Of a DNA stretch of 64,000 nucleotides, positions 12,250-24,268 are shown in pieces. The DNA lies in contig NW_027271595.1 in assembly GCF_040938485.1 (NCBI RefSeq), positions 310,001-374,000 of the forward strand, written 5' to 3'. Made by a program: the position numbers and the translations under genes. Every line of letters begins with the position of its first letter. Position 1 is the stretch's first letter. Below the pieces are notes generated by a model. It was not told where the DNA came from, did no database searches, and saw nothing but the letters and a program-made list of their open reading frames with translations. This stretch comes from Diadema antillarum (Eukaryota).

Positions 12250-13915
12250 ATATTCAAATCCATTCAATTCATTTTATTTCCATACTTCTCATTCATGAAC
12301 TTTATAACAGAAATCAAACAAGTTTTTTCACCTTGTAAACAATGCAAAACACAACAATATACATGGTGATAACACAGTAATTATGTAATAACTGGTCAAA
12401 TTCGAAATCGAGATTGGGTTGATCAAAGAAAAGTATGACGGGGCCTACATGAAAGCAAGCTTGTTTGGCTGTAAGCCCCGAGTAATCAGTGTTTGTGAAA
12501 AAGAAACGGAGAACGGATAGTAGATAAGACCAGATGATGTAAGGGTGCCAAATAAGAAAAAAAATATGCTAAAATGTGAACTATTGCGGTGACCGAGCTA
12601 TCATTGGTTTCAGGAGTACAACATGATTTGCATAATCATAAAGCCTACTTTGGTATATACACTATAAACTGTCGTTGCATTAAAGCTATCGCCAGGATAT
12701 GATCAGTAAGACACAAGAAGTAACATGTACAGCTATCAAGCCATTTGGTGCCCGCCGTCAAGCTCTGTATAGAAAGTTAGGGAGAGAAAGATGGAAAGAG
12801 GAGGAGAGGGAAGCGAAGTAGAATGTGGAATTGATAATGATGAATTCGGAGAGCCTGACAGCAAGACCCAAAATGGAATCTGCAGCGTGTTGACAAGAAT
12901 GTTTGATCGGACAATAACATACCACAATATTGCATAAGACATTACAATTATTCAGTTTCTGCAAGATATACCCTCAATAAAGACTCTTTGAATTTGCGTT
13001 TAAAGGAATATAAAGACGAGCAGCTTGTTATTTCGGGGGAGAGGTCATTCCAATATCTAGGGCCCGTATACATTATCGTTTTTTTTAGCGAAAATTGTTC
13101 GAGTACGTGGAAGGTGAAATGCGTCACTTTGGCGGGTAGGATAATTATTAATCAAATAGCTTTTCCTGAACATGCGAGTGAAAACATCCGGTAACTCCTT
13201 GGCAGAAAACTTATACATAAATATGCCGACGTTGTAACTAAATAAATCTGATGTTTTCAGTATCTTATTTTTGAAAAATAAATCATTCGTGAGGGACAAA
13301 TATCCAACATGGTTGATATTTCTGATGGCGCGTTTTTGAACACGGAACAGTATGTCAAGAAGATTTCTAGGTGCATTCCCCCAAACAAGAATGCCATAAT
13401 CAAGGTACGGAGTAATCAAAGTAGAATAAAGATTAAGCAGGATTTGACTTGGAAAAACATTCTTCAGTTTATTAAGAACACCCGTATTTTGGGAAAGAAT
13501 ATTAATTAAATAACTGACGTGAGATTTCCAAGACAAATCACTGTCAATAAAAAGCCCTAGAAATTTTATACTACTAACTTGATTTAATTCAGTTTCATTA
13601 AACTTGATGTTACAAGGAAGGGTTTTAAGGCTGTTGCTAAAAAGCATACAATGAGTTTTATCGATATTAAGTGACAATTTGTTGGCGTATATCCAAGATT
13701 GCACAGATTTAAATTCTTTATTCATTGTGTTAACAAGAGTATAAGGATCTCTGTGTGTAAAAAAACAGATTGGAGTCGTCAGCAAAACATATAAAGGAAA
13801 GAATTGGCGAGGAACTAGGAAGATCGTTAATGTACAAAATGAACCAAAGTGGGCCTAGTAAGGAGCCCTGTGGAACACCACATGTTTGAGTATGTACCAC
13901 AATCATTACGCTCAG
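12250..13915 (-). mobile_element. 5'-truncated L2/CR1-group (Crack/Daphne-like) LINE: RT C-terminal half plus 3'UTR
   Basis: Minus strand reads GVPQGSLLGP...FADD, then after a frameshift the 242-aa ORF NKLSLNIDKT...KFLG...LDYGILVWG...VQKRAIR. It ends in an AATAAA/(TTGAA)-like tail near 12255. Boundaries are approximate. Confidence 0.88.
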
Positions 13916-14093
13916 TTGTTTTATCCTCCCCCCCCCCCTTAGTAATACTCATGCAGGCAGAAAAACAGTAACTATATATTATATAGATATAGTGTGATGA
14001 TGCTGATACTCGTACTGTACGCCTCTGTCATCTTAGGAAGAATTATAGTCGAGACAATGTAGATGACAAAATATGTCGCATGAAGCCGGCTGT

Positions 14094-14127
14094 TACGAAG
14101 CTTTCGACCTTGGTCTTCCTCAGCTTT
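14094..14127 (-). ncRNA. Degenerate minimal hammerhead ribozyme motif in a Penelope-like fragment (~13975-14135)
   Basis: Minus strand reads aaag-CTGAGGA-A-GACCAAGGTC-GAAAGCTT-cgta. The core and stem II are intact but stem I is poorly paired. Confidence 0.5.
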
Positions 14128-14255
14128 ATCATCTGCTAAGCAGACGTGTGGGTTACTTGGGTGTCTTGTGGCTGCAAAGAAAGAGCAATATGTCAAGTTA
14201 AGAAGCAGAAGGGCAAACAAGAAGAGGCTGCATATCCCAATGTATCCTCCAATAG

Positions 14256-16073
14256 TATACAAATAATGAATGTTTATGAGTGCAATGGACAGAATATTTC
14301 ATGAGGTGAAAGATGAAATGATCCATTCAACGAGGCGCGGCCGAGTTGAATGGATCAAACATTTCATCTTTCACCGAATGAAATATTCTGTCCATCGCAT
14401 GAATGAAAAACATTTATTATTTGTTTTATATAACGCCTAAAATAGATCCTTGTCATTTGATGTTTTATTAATTTAGCAACAAAGAGAGAATCTAAAGGCC
14501 GTGTCACACCATTCCGGGCAAGCTACGCGGGCTTGTGGCGAGGAGGTAGTTTCCAGCACGTAGAAGATTTTCAGCGGGCGAACAAGAATGTTTGCAATTT
14601 TCATTCATGCCTTGTCATACCGTGCGGGGGAACTTCTGCGGCTCGACTTGCGGGGAAACAAATTTACTCCCCGGAGCTCTCCGCAGTTGGTCCGCACCTG
14701 ACAGTATCTACCGCGTAGTTGCCCGGAGGTGCTCACGCAAGTCCGATTTAACCGCAGACAAGTTTTGAGCATGACCAAAACTTTTTCCGGGTGAGTCGCG
14801 GGAATGCCCGTAGAGGTCCACGCAGAACGACAGTAGGACACCCTCAGCTACAGTACTTCCCAGGCAATGCCCACGCAGGTACTTCGCAGTCCCGTATGCA
14901 GCCAAGATAATGAAATTCTGTGAGATTTCAGCCATTCCATTAAAGAAATTCCTTCACTGAGTTGTCAGCCCCCACGCGACTGGTACAAAGGTCACACAGT
15001 ATACTCGCAAGTATAACGCGTCCAGCAAGTAAGACACAAGCGCTGACTCGCACAAATCCTTTTCCGCCCTCAGGAATGTCCGGTATGCTAGAAAATCCCT
15101 ACACGTAACAAGCCCGTGTAGCTTGCCCGGAAAGGTGTGACAGGGCCTAAACACGGTTGCGGGTAAAAAAATATGCGTGCGCACCTCCGGGCGACTACTT
15201 TTGAGATACATGCTAGGTACTGTCATGTGCGTATCATCTACGGGGACCTCCGGGTAGTCAAAATTGTTCTTTGCAAGTCGCACGCAAGGCTGGTGTGACA
15301 CGGCCTTTAGAGCGCGCTGTCGCATACACACGCTGCAAACGCAAGCTTCTTGCAAGCGCGCTGTAGCATACTACACACACTGCAAACGCAAGCGTTTTAT
15401 ACACGCGAGTGTGCCGGGCTCTCAGCGAGCGTGCAATGGACCAAATCGTATGGATCCAAAATTGCACGGTAAATGGAGCCACAATTGCACGGATGATGAT
15501 GTCATAGTGAAATGGGCCGAATGATCAATGTCAAACAGCCAATCAAATGACAAGGATCTCTCCAGGCGTTATATAATATACAAATAATGAATGTTTATGA
15601 GTGCAATGGACAGAATATTTCATGAGGTGAAAGATGAAATGATCCATTCAACAAGGCGCAGCCTCGTTGAATGGGTCGAACATTTTCATCTTTCACCGAA
15701 TGAAATAATCATTCTGTCCATTGCACGAATGAAAAACGTTTATTATTTGTTTTATATAACGCCTGAAAGAGATCCTTGTCCTTTCATGTTTTATTAATTT
15801 AGAAACAAGAGAGAATCTAAGATTGCGAGAGAGTGCTCACTGAGTGCTTTACCCTATTCTCAGTAGCGCGCAACTGCAACACGTACACGCAAGCGTATAC
15901 GCGAAATAAGCCGGGCTCGCAGTGACCGTGCAATGGAGCAAATCGTATGGATTCAAAATTGCACGGTAAATGGAACCACAATTGCACGGATGATGACGTC
16001 ATAGTGAAATAGGCCGAATAATCAATGTCAAACAACCAATCAAATGACAAGGATCTCTTCAGTCGTTATATAA
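14256..16073. mobile_element. Head-to-tail dimer of a ~500-bp hairpin-rich element without TIRs (unit 1 14256-15576, unit 2 15577-16073)
   Basis: Two homologous units, each with a long 5' hairpin and an asymmetric internal/terminal inverted repeat. The paralogous flank of copy 3 (~25715-25735) shows an empty site. Confidence 0.75.
14496..15306. mobile_element. GC-rich PIF/Harbinger-type MITE nested in unit 1
   Basis: Perfect 15-bp TIR AGGCCGTGTCACACC, flanked by TAA and TTA. Confidence 0.8.
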
Positions 16074-17276
16074 ATCAAAATATAAAACGGGTGGTATACA
16101 CCAGTGCAAAAAGAGTATAGAAACTGGGCATTATGTAAATATGAAGTATGAACAATTCCATTTCATCACTCAGCAGAGTTTAAAAAGTGATTGCATTTCA
16201 CCTTCATTTTAACTTTCTTTTATTTCTTCTTGTGAAGCTGCCTGACTTGACATTTCTAAGACAACAGAATTGCTACATTAATGTCTATATAGTAAATATG
16301 TCAAGTATAATTATGCATCAGACCCCCGGTGCGTTCACATGCACGCAACACACACGGATTTCCGACGCTTACCATAAATACTCAGTCCCAGATGATAGAC
16401 ATTTCAATTGACAGAGTACGTCTGCTTGTCCATGTTTACTGTTATATGAAAAATTTTAAGGAAACATGTCATTTCGATAATTTTCGCCGTAGGATCCTTA
16501 TGGAACTCTTTTCATTTTGTAGGGTATTTGCTCGATAGATAAAAAAAACCCAACTAAATGTAACATCATTCGTAGCTATCTCGCCGCTCGCATGACACAT
16601 GAAAACAGATATGTAGTGATATGCTTACTCTACTTACTGTACCTGTACATGTATGATCATTCATCATTTTAAACAAAAAAATAAGATTGTAACATAAGCA
16701 GAGATGGAGATGAACTTCAGCCTTCAAGTATCAAGCTTGTCGTTTATTTACAGTTTTCTCTCTCAAACAAAGACATTCAGAAGTATAGTTGTGGGTTCTT
16801 AGAAAGTTTTTTTTTCCTTTAAAATAGCACACTGTCTACACAGGAAAACACTCGATTGACGGTAGACAAAAGCAACATCCACTCTTTCTTAGTTCTCAAG
16901 ATTGTTAGAACCATTCCTTTTCAGGTCGTATAATGAATATGTAATCACAATAACAAGAGAGACATATTCAAAATACTATATATACACACTGAAATGAGTT
17001 TTGGTACCCAATACCAAACGCCAAATTTAAGAGTTAACCCGTTTCCTAACGGAACCTAGTGGCTCATGTATTAAGTCTAAGGGATTTTAGAATTCAGTAT
17101 GGAACGAGGTTATTCTCTCACTTACTGGTATAAGGTGCGTCATAGTAACAGAGATTATTTGGATTATCAACCATAAAAAGCCGGATCCAGCCGTATTATA
17201 GCAAGGTGATACACCATGAGTAACCTTCAAATTTCCAAGACCCAGAATAAATCTGGATATTTCGCCACCATAGGTC

Positions 17277-17613
17277 TAGCCTTTAAACAAGGCGACTCGC
17301 TCTGCGTGCCCCCGTATAGCGCGTTTACCCCACAAACCTGTTGGCCGGCGAGTGGAGCGAGCCGCCTTTATCCACTCGTTCAGGGATGTGTACTTTTGTC
17401 GTTGTTGTTGCTTTATATTCTTTGACAAATTTGCGTACAAATTTGACGCAGAAAATACGCACGGCACCAGAATATAAAGCAACAACAACGACAAAAGTAC
17501 ACATCCCTGAACGAGTGGATAAAGGCGGCTCGCTCCACTCGCCGGCCAACAGGTTTGTGGGGTAAACGCGCTATACGGGGGCACGCAGAGCGAGTCGCCT
17601 TGTTTAAAGGCTA
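17277..17613. mobile_element. Young palindromic MITE with 145-bp TIRs and a 9-bp TSD (AcademH- or MULE-type)
   Basis: TAGCC...GGCTA termini, arms identical by eye, 47-bp spacer, TSD CCATAGGTC at 17268-17276 and 17614-17622. Confidence 0.9.
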
Positions 17614-18221
17614 CCATAGGTCATGCGAAACAACTCGTTATGGTGATTGGTCCCAGATCTCAGAAAAACCTTATTTTCGTATAAAGCAGCATTCTATAAA
17701 TGTGGTACAACTAAACGACGGACGTAAATCTTTGTGAGATATCCTCTTCCCGCACAAAACTTCGGAAGGTATCATATTGCTACCAATAATTTAATCATAT
17801 TTTTATTCTTTTGCGATTGTTGGATTGACTGTGCTGTTTGACCGGATATCCCTTGCTTTTGAAATGCATCCAATAGTTGCGATGGTGTTCCTCCATTCTA
17901 TAACAGATAATCTGATTAAGTGATAACCTGAAAAAAGAGTTTGCTTCGTTTGTGTTTTATTTCATAAAAAGGTGCATAATTGATAACATCTTCGAATTAT
18001 AGTGCTGATACAAAGACATCCCATTTCCGCAATAGTAATAATCAATCATTATCTTCCTATGTTGAAGGATAGAAAATACAGTTAGGTCCACTTAAATTAA
18101 CAATACTGTATTTTTGTCGTTAGTAATAATTGTCAAATGTAAAAAAAAATACTTTGCAGTGGGAAACTTTACTTGTGCTTCTCCCTATAGGAACCTACTC
18201 TTAGTAAACCATTTCAAGTTT

Positions 18222-18349
18222 NNNNNNNNNNNNNNNNNNNNNNNNNNNNNNNNNNNNNNNNNNNNNNNNNNNNNNNNNNNNNNNNNNNNNNNNNNNNNNN
18301 NNNNNNNNNNNNNNNNNNNNNNNNNNNNNNNNNNNNNNNNNNNNNNNNN
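18222..18349. other. Assembly gap (128 N)
   Basis: N run. Confidence 0.99.
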
Positions 18350-18565
18350 CACCTCCCATCATTATATCGTTTTGAAAGTGACGTACCACCAGGCTCTGCT
18401 CATTGAGGCGACTGTATTCGCTTATAATTAGACTCTGTGTTAGGAAATTGTTTGTCTTACTTGTTTTAACTGCACAGTCATGTGTTATTTATCAACTTGA
18501 ATGTAATCAGTTTGTGTCACGTGTTATCCGGTAAAAGTGGAAATAAATGTGAATTTGATTGGTGT
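18350..18565 (+). mobile_element. Probable 3' tail of an L2/CR1-type LINE upstream of copy 3 exon 2
   Basis: Ends in AAATAAATGTGAATTTGATT like the tail of the 12.3-kb LINE. Homology to copy 1 intron 1 only starts at ~18625. Confidence 0.4.
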
Positions 18566-18758
18566 TTTTGAAATCGAAAGATTAAACAAAATGCGCAATG
18601 GCAAAAACAACAGTGACATGAAACAAGTTTAGTTTCTTCTTGTTTCTTTTGCTCAGATTCTAAAACACCACCAATATTGCAGCACTTTTGATAAAAAATG
18701 GTTTGCTAAACTCCGTTCATTAACATCCCAGTTCACCTCCATTCTTGTTGTTTTTCAG

Positions 18759-21700
18759 GAAACCCCTCCCCCTAAGAAAGAAGTGGATCTCTCCATCTCC
18801 GAAGAGAAGCCCGTGGCATCCCACCAGGAGCCCAAAGATGAAGAAAATACTCCAGGGACTTTTCAGGGAGACATGAAGATGACTGATGAACAGTTGAGGG
18901 AAGTCATGGAGGCCATCGATGAAGAGAAAGCTGGTCGCAAGAAGAGGAAGGCTGTATCGAACACTTTGACCCGCTGGAATCAGAACATCGTGCCTTACGT
19001 CATCTCATCTTCATCTAGTAAGTTCTGGAACCTGTATGATATCAACAATGAAGAGAGGACGTGGGCAATTTAGACTTTGGGCTCTCTTTAAGATATCATC
19101 TGTAGGTTTCGTCACCTGTAGGCCGGTAAATCTACTGTATTTCAAGTCTTAGAGACAGGACTTTGAAGATATAGATTCTACACAAATATAACTGGTATTC
19201 GTTGATAACACTTTATATAATGATATTTTCATTCTTGAGGCTCAGTATCTTCATCTTGTTGGCTGTGTTTCAGGCAGTGATATCAACGTGATCCACGACC
19301 ACTTGATCATACTTGATAATGATCATTTATGCCTTCTTCGGCAAACAAAAACACAAATTCTGTACCAAATGTAGTCAGAATCATTGATTGTGATTTTTTC
19401 GTGGTGTAAAGTTCTTGGTAGGCTCATTATCATGTTGTCATCTTGTTGATTGTATTTCAGGTGATGATGTTGATGCGATCCGGGCTGCCATGGATCACTG
19501 GGAGCAGCACACCTGTTTGAGATTCGAACCAAGAACCTCACAGCACGCCAGTCAGCTGGGACACGGAACCTATCTGAACTTTATCAAGGACGATGGATGC
19601 TGGTCCTACGTTGGAAGGTTCTCTTCATCCAGCGATTCGCCCACAGCTCAGGATATTTCCATCGGATCTGGATGTGAAGACGTGAGTTTGCTGCTATAGC
19701 TGATTTTGTAACAAGCGTAATATTCTTTTGATTTGATACCAAATCATTACATATCATTCGATTTCAAATCAATTATTTCCTAATCCGTAGTTCCAGGAAG
19801 GTACATTTTTTTTTTGATGTAAGTGTTATGCAAATAATATACAAAAGTTGTTATGGTTTGGGTTCGCCCCCCCCCCTTCATTAGTGCGGATATACAATGT
19901 GATGAATACAATGAGATCTTATTGCGGCAATATAACACCAGTGAAGCATGTCACAATCAGGCAATAGTAGCCCGTAGATGTGAATTCAGAATTGGTATTT
20001 TGGAAGAGATGAATTTCGTTTATGAATCCTTTTTCTTCATTTCCAATCAATAACTCCTTTCTTTTAATTCTACCAACAACAGCTCGGCGTCGTTGCCCAC
20101 GAGATTGGCCACGCCATCGGTTTCCATCACGAGCAGTCTAGACCTGACAGGGACGATTACGTCACAGTCCATTTTGAAAACATCCAGTCTGGATTCGAAG
20201 GCAACTTTGAGAAATATTCCTGGAACCAAATAACAACCAGCAACGTTGAATACGACATCGGATCCCTCATGCACTACGGACCTCGTGTAAGTTTTCATGA
20301 TTTCAAATCTATTAGGATATAACTGACATGTTCATTTTCTTCCCTTTCTACCCTGAACTGTAAATCATGGGAAGCTATAAATCAGGTATGATGAACAATG
20401 TGGACCGGAAACGTAGGCCATCTTTTACTGGCAAGTTCGAATAGGCTAACTTTGTTTGAAAGCGTTGATATTATTATAATGCCTCCTCTTTTTTCTTTCA
20501 TACCACGCAGGGTTTCTCCTCCAACGGCCAACCAACCATCACCACAAACGACCCTCTGCAGATGCATCGCCTTGGAAACCGAGAGGGCCTCAGCTTTGCT
20601 GACATCAAACTTGCCAATCTCATCTACAACTGCAACGACGCCTGTACTAGCCCACTGTCCTGCCAAAATGGCGGCTACCAGGGTCCCAACTGTGACTGCG
20701 TGTGTCCTCCAGGATTCAGCGGAGACCTGTGTGAGAACGGTGACGGTCCGACGGAACCCGAAGGATGTGTCTATAGACTGACCGATCCCGAAGGAGAGAT
20801 CATGTCACCAAACTACCCGAATAACTATGACAACAACCAGAATTGCCTGTACATGATTGAGGTGAGATATTTTGATTACCCCACCAAATTTGTATTTGCA
20901 CCTAGCGTAATTACATACCACTTTTTGAATAGGTAATTTTACTTTTTCCCTATAGATAACATCTTTGGACATTTTAAATGTTGCTCGTTGATTGTTACCA
21001 CTTCTTAATTAGTCTTAAGTGGATTGGGTAATAAATATCATGAAAATATTCACACTATTTTCATTCATCCATTGACCTTTCTAGGGAGCTCCAGGTGCTA
21101 CGATCACACTCACCTTCGTCGACATGGACATCGAGTCCCACACTACCTGCGCCTACGACTCTGTTGAGGTCCGCACTGGAAATGTTAGCTCGCCGGGACT
21201 GAAGTTTTGCGGCACCGCTCTACCTGGGGAGCAGGTGTCGACCGGAAACCAGCTACTGGTGGCCTTCACATCAGACTACAGCGTGACAAGGCGTGGCTTC
21301 AAGGCTACCTATGTCATCAATAATCCTGAACCTCCAACTACACTCCCGAGTACGACCAACGGTCTTGGAGAATTCGTCGGTACTTGTGGAGGAGATTTCT
21401 TGGGGAACAGTGGGACGATGGCCTCTCCAAACTACCCAGACAACTACGACAACGGCTTGCAGTGCGTCTACACCATCGAGGTTGATTCTGGTCGTCGAGT
21501 CGAACTCAGCTTCCACGATTTGCTGATTGAGGATCAAAGGAGGTGCAGCTGGGACTACCTTGAGGTGGACCTCGGAGAAGGAGTCAAGGTGCCAATGAAG
21601 TAAGCATTGCTATCATGTCATTAATCATATCCACACACTTTAACTGAACGTCATAATTCATCCACTCTTCTCTGATTTAGGCACATAATGGAGTGTTTGA

Positions 21701-22043
21701 TAGCATGGACCTATGATATTGAAAATTTGGTATGGTGGAGAATTCGAGAATTCCTTATCAGTTAAGAAAGTTGATCACTATAGTTATCATGATTTTTCAG
21801 TTAATAAGTAGACTGAATTAGACAAAGTTAAGAGTTGCCATTTCACAATATTGCCCGTTATTAAAAAGTACGATACTAACCGACTGTTTCGCTATTTTAT
21901 ATTACTTTCTCAGGTTGTGTGGGTCCGACTATCCGATTGATTCTCTGGTTTCTATTGGTAACAAAATGGAGCTGATTCTAAGGACCGACGGAAGCGTGAC
22001 AGATAGGGGCTTTGCTGCAATCTACCGTGCAATCGACCTGTAA
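18759..22043 (+). CDS. SpAN/BP10: Astacin-EGF-CUB-CUB metalloprotease copy 3, exons 2-7: 18759-19017, 19461-19681, 20083-20286, 20511-20861, 21085-21599, 21914-22043; exon 1 (signal peptide) not visible
   Basis: Exon sizes are identical to copy 2, with intact splice sites, frame, zinc motif and Met-turn. Exon 1 may lie in the N gap at 18222-18349 or may be lost. Confidence 0.85.
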
Positions 22044-22528
22044 GAAGCATCACCGAAGACACCTCGAATTCCATAAACTCGAAATAAGCCTTCCGTTGAA
22101 GTCCGCGAAAACGTATTGCTTACACGTAGAAAGAAAGAAATATTATGAGTCAGGAAATTATCACATTTCCTTCTTATTTTGCTTGTTTGTTTGTATGTTT
22201 GTCTTTTATTTTGGAAATTTCGTTATTATGATTTTACAGCAAGATTAATTGTTTCTGTCCACTCCTGAGCATTCGAGATAATAGTGGAAAAAAATGAACC
22301 CGAGTATAACGGAAATGGAATATTTCTTTTAGAAGCCTTAAATTGCTTTAAGAAGAAATCTAACCAATTTTGTCGAAGTGATGATAAGAATAGGATTTTG
22401 TGTTCATTCTGCAGGGCTGAACCTTTGCCATAGACTATTACTGTTAGTGCTATAGAAATACTGAAATGTGAAAAGCCAAGAGTATTGTTCTAAAAATTTG
22501 CATGTATATTCGAACTGTGTCTTGATAT

Positions 22529-22718
22529 CCGTCTGGTACGGCTGGCTAACTTGTTTCGTTTAAAGAATTATATTCCAGGTATCTCATCTATGCATTGATT
22601 GTATTTATAATACTTTGTATGTTGGAATTTGTGATTGTATTTATGAAACATTGTGTAATGAAATTTACGATTGCACATTAATTTATATATTTATAACTTA
22701 ACCGTCTGGGACGGCTGT
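22529..22718 (+). promoter_or_regulatory. Pair of SRE-like 3'UTR hairpins, copy 3 (22529-22541; 22702-22714)
   Basis: Same motif as in copies 1 and 2; ATTAAA at 22737-22742. Confidence 0.6.
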
Positions 22719-23106
22719 TATAGTGAGTCAAAATATATTAAAATGTTTGGATAATTATAAAACATAACAGGCAATCGTAATATGATCATTGATGTGTTGA
22801 ACTCATGTCATGTATGATGAATGGGTATGTGTGGAACATGGAAGTGTGTGACTGTGTTTGTGAGTTTCTTGTGCATGTTTGGAGGGTATACGACATAGAC
22901 ATGTCAATGTCAGCGATTGTGAAGGTATTTTTATCTATTTGAGCAGTCTTCAAGTTAGTTTTTCGTAACACAATCCTAAAGGCTTTCACAATTCATCTCT
23001 GCAAAACTCTCTGATCCTTTGTCATTCATATATATATATATTCATATATAAGATGAAGAAGTAGAGTGGTAATGCATTTTGACAGTCCAACAGTGCTATT
23101 TATTCA

Positions 23107-23146
23107 GACCAAATTTTCGACGAATACATTCGTCTTCCTCAGGGTC
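23107..23146 (-). ncRNA. Minimal type I hammerhead ribozyme
   Basis: GACC-CTGAGGA-A-GACGAA(TGTA)TTCGTC-GAAAATTT-GGTC: stem I 4 bp, stem II 6 bp, palindromic AATT stem III, NUH = UUU. Confidence 0.72.
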
Positions 23147-23261
23147 GACAATGACAATTCTGAAAGTAAACAAGGTGACTCTATTCTCTATCTAATAATA
23201 CAAGATAATACACTCTTGAGAGAATAGAGTCACCTTGTTTACTTTCAGAATTGTCATTGTC

Positions 23262-23298
23262 GACCCTGAGGAAGACGAATGTCGTCGAAAATTTGGTG
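23262..23298 (+). ncRNA. Minimal hammerhead motif, mutated copy
   Basis: GACC-CTGAGGA-A-GAC(GAATGTC)GTC-GAAAATTT-GGTG: 3-nt deletion in stem II and one stem I mismatch. Confidence 0.6.
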
Positions 23299-23569
23299 TG
23301 AATAAATAGCACTGTTGGACTGTCAAAATGCATTACCACTCTACTTCTTCCGAAAGCTTCCACCAGCCGGCATCTTCTGTCATCATTACATTGTCTCGAT
23401 TATAATCTTCCTAAGATGACAGAGGCGAACGGTACGAGTACCAGCATCATCCCACTATATGTATCATAATTATATATACTAGTATGCATGTATATTGGGC
23501 ATTTGTTGTTTGATTCCCCCCCCCCCTCTTATTAATACTCATGCAGGCAGAAAAGTAATACGTGTAAAT

Positions 23570-23574
23570 ATATG

Positions 23575-23629
<55 letters not shown>

Positions 23630-23874
23630 GTGTGTGGGGGGGGGGTGGAGCCCCATGATTATCAGTTTTATGAGCATCATGGCAATGAACACAATATAAC
23701 ACACAAACTTAACAATATAGAAACACATGCAACAGTCTACAGTATGAATTTGTAATTGATAGATGGGAGTATACCACGTAAAATATTTGGGGAAATAGAA
23801 TATGATAAACATGTAACACGTCGGCAGAAATTCAGCAAAAAAAAAAAAGAGGAAACACACAAAAATTACTGTGT

Positions 23875-23955
<81 letters not shown>
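23570..23955. repeat. Microsatellites (TA)n ~23570-23625 and (GT)n(GA)n ~23870-23955
   Basis: Direct reading of the sequence. Confidence 0.9.
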
Positions 23956-24268
23956 GATGAAGGGAGAGAGGGAGCAGTTGAGATTACTGACCAGGTCTTG
24001 GTGCAATTTGTTGATATTTTTTCCCGGTACCATTTCAAAAGTCATCTTTATTCCAATGTCACAGAAAGCAGTCACATTGTTTAATCTCACTTTCTTTTTA
24101 ACGAAAAAAAAAACACATTTTATAGCAATTTCATTCAATATAGAATACATTCTCTTCACCATCTCATTATCTCTCAGATTTTCATGAAATTCTATGCGTA
24201 AGACAAGACAGACTAGCAATACAATGTATCAAGTGTTTGCTGCCACCAGGCTATCATATCTGTCAGAT

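Larger units (their letters stand above)
23055..23350. mobile_element. Inverted pair of Penelope-like pLTR fragments (~133-bp arms), each with a hammerhead motif
   Basis: Arms at 23055-23189 and 23219-23350; in both orientations CTGAGGA...GAAA is followed by AATAAA. Confidence 0.7.

Noticed and set aside
17216-17617. Identical ORFs on both strands
   Set aside because: A by-product of the perfect palindromic MITE.
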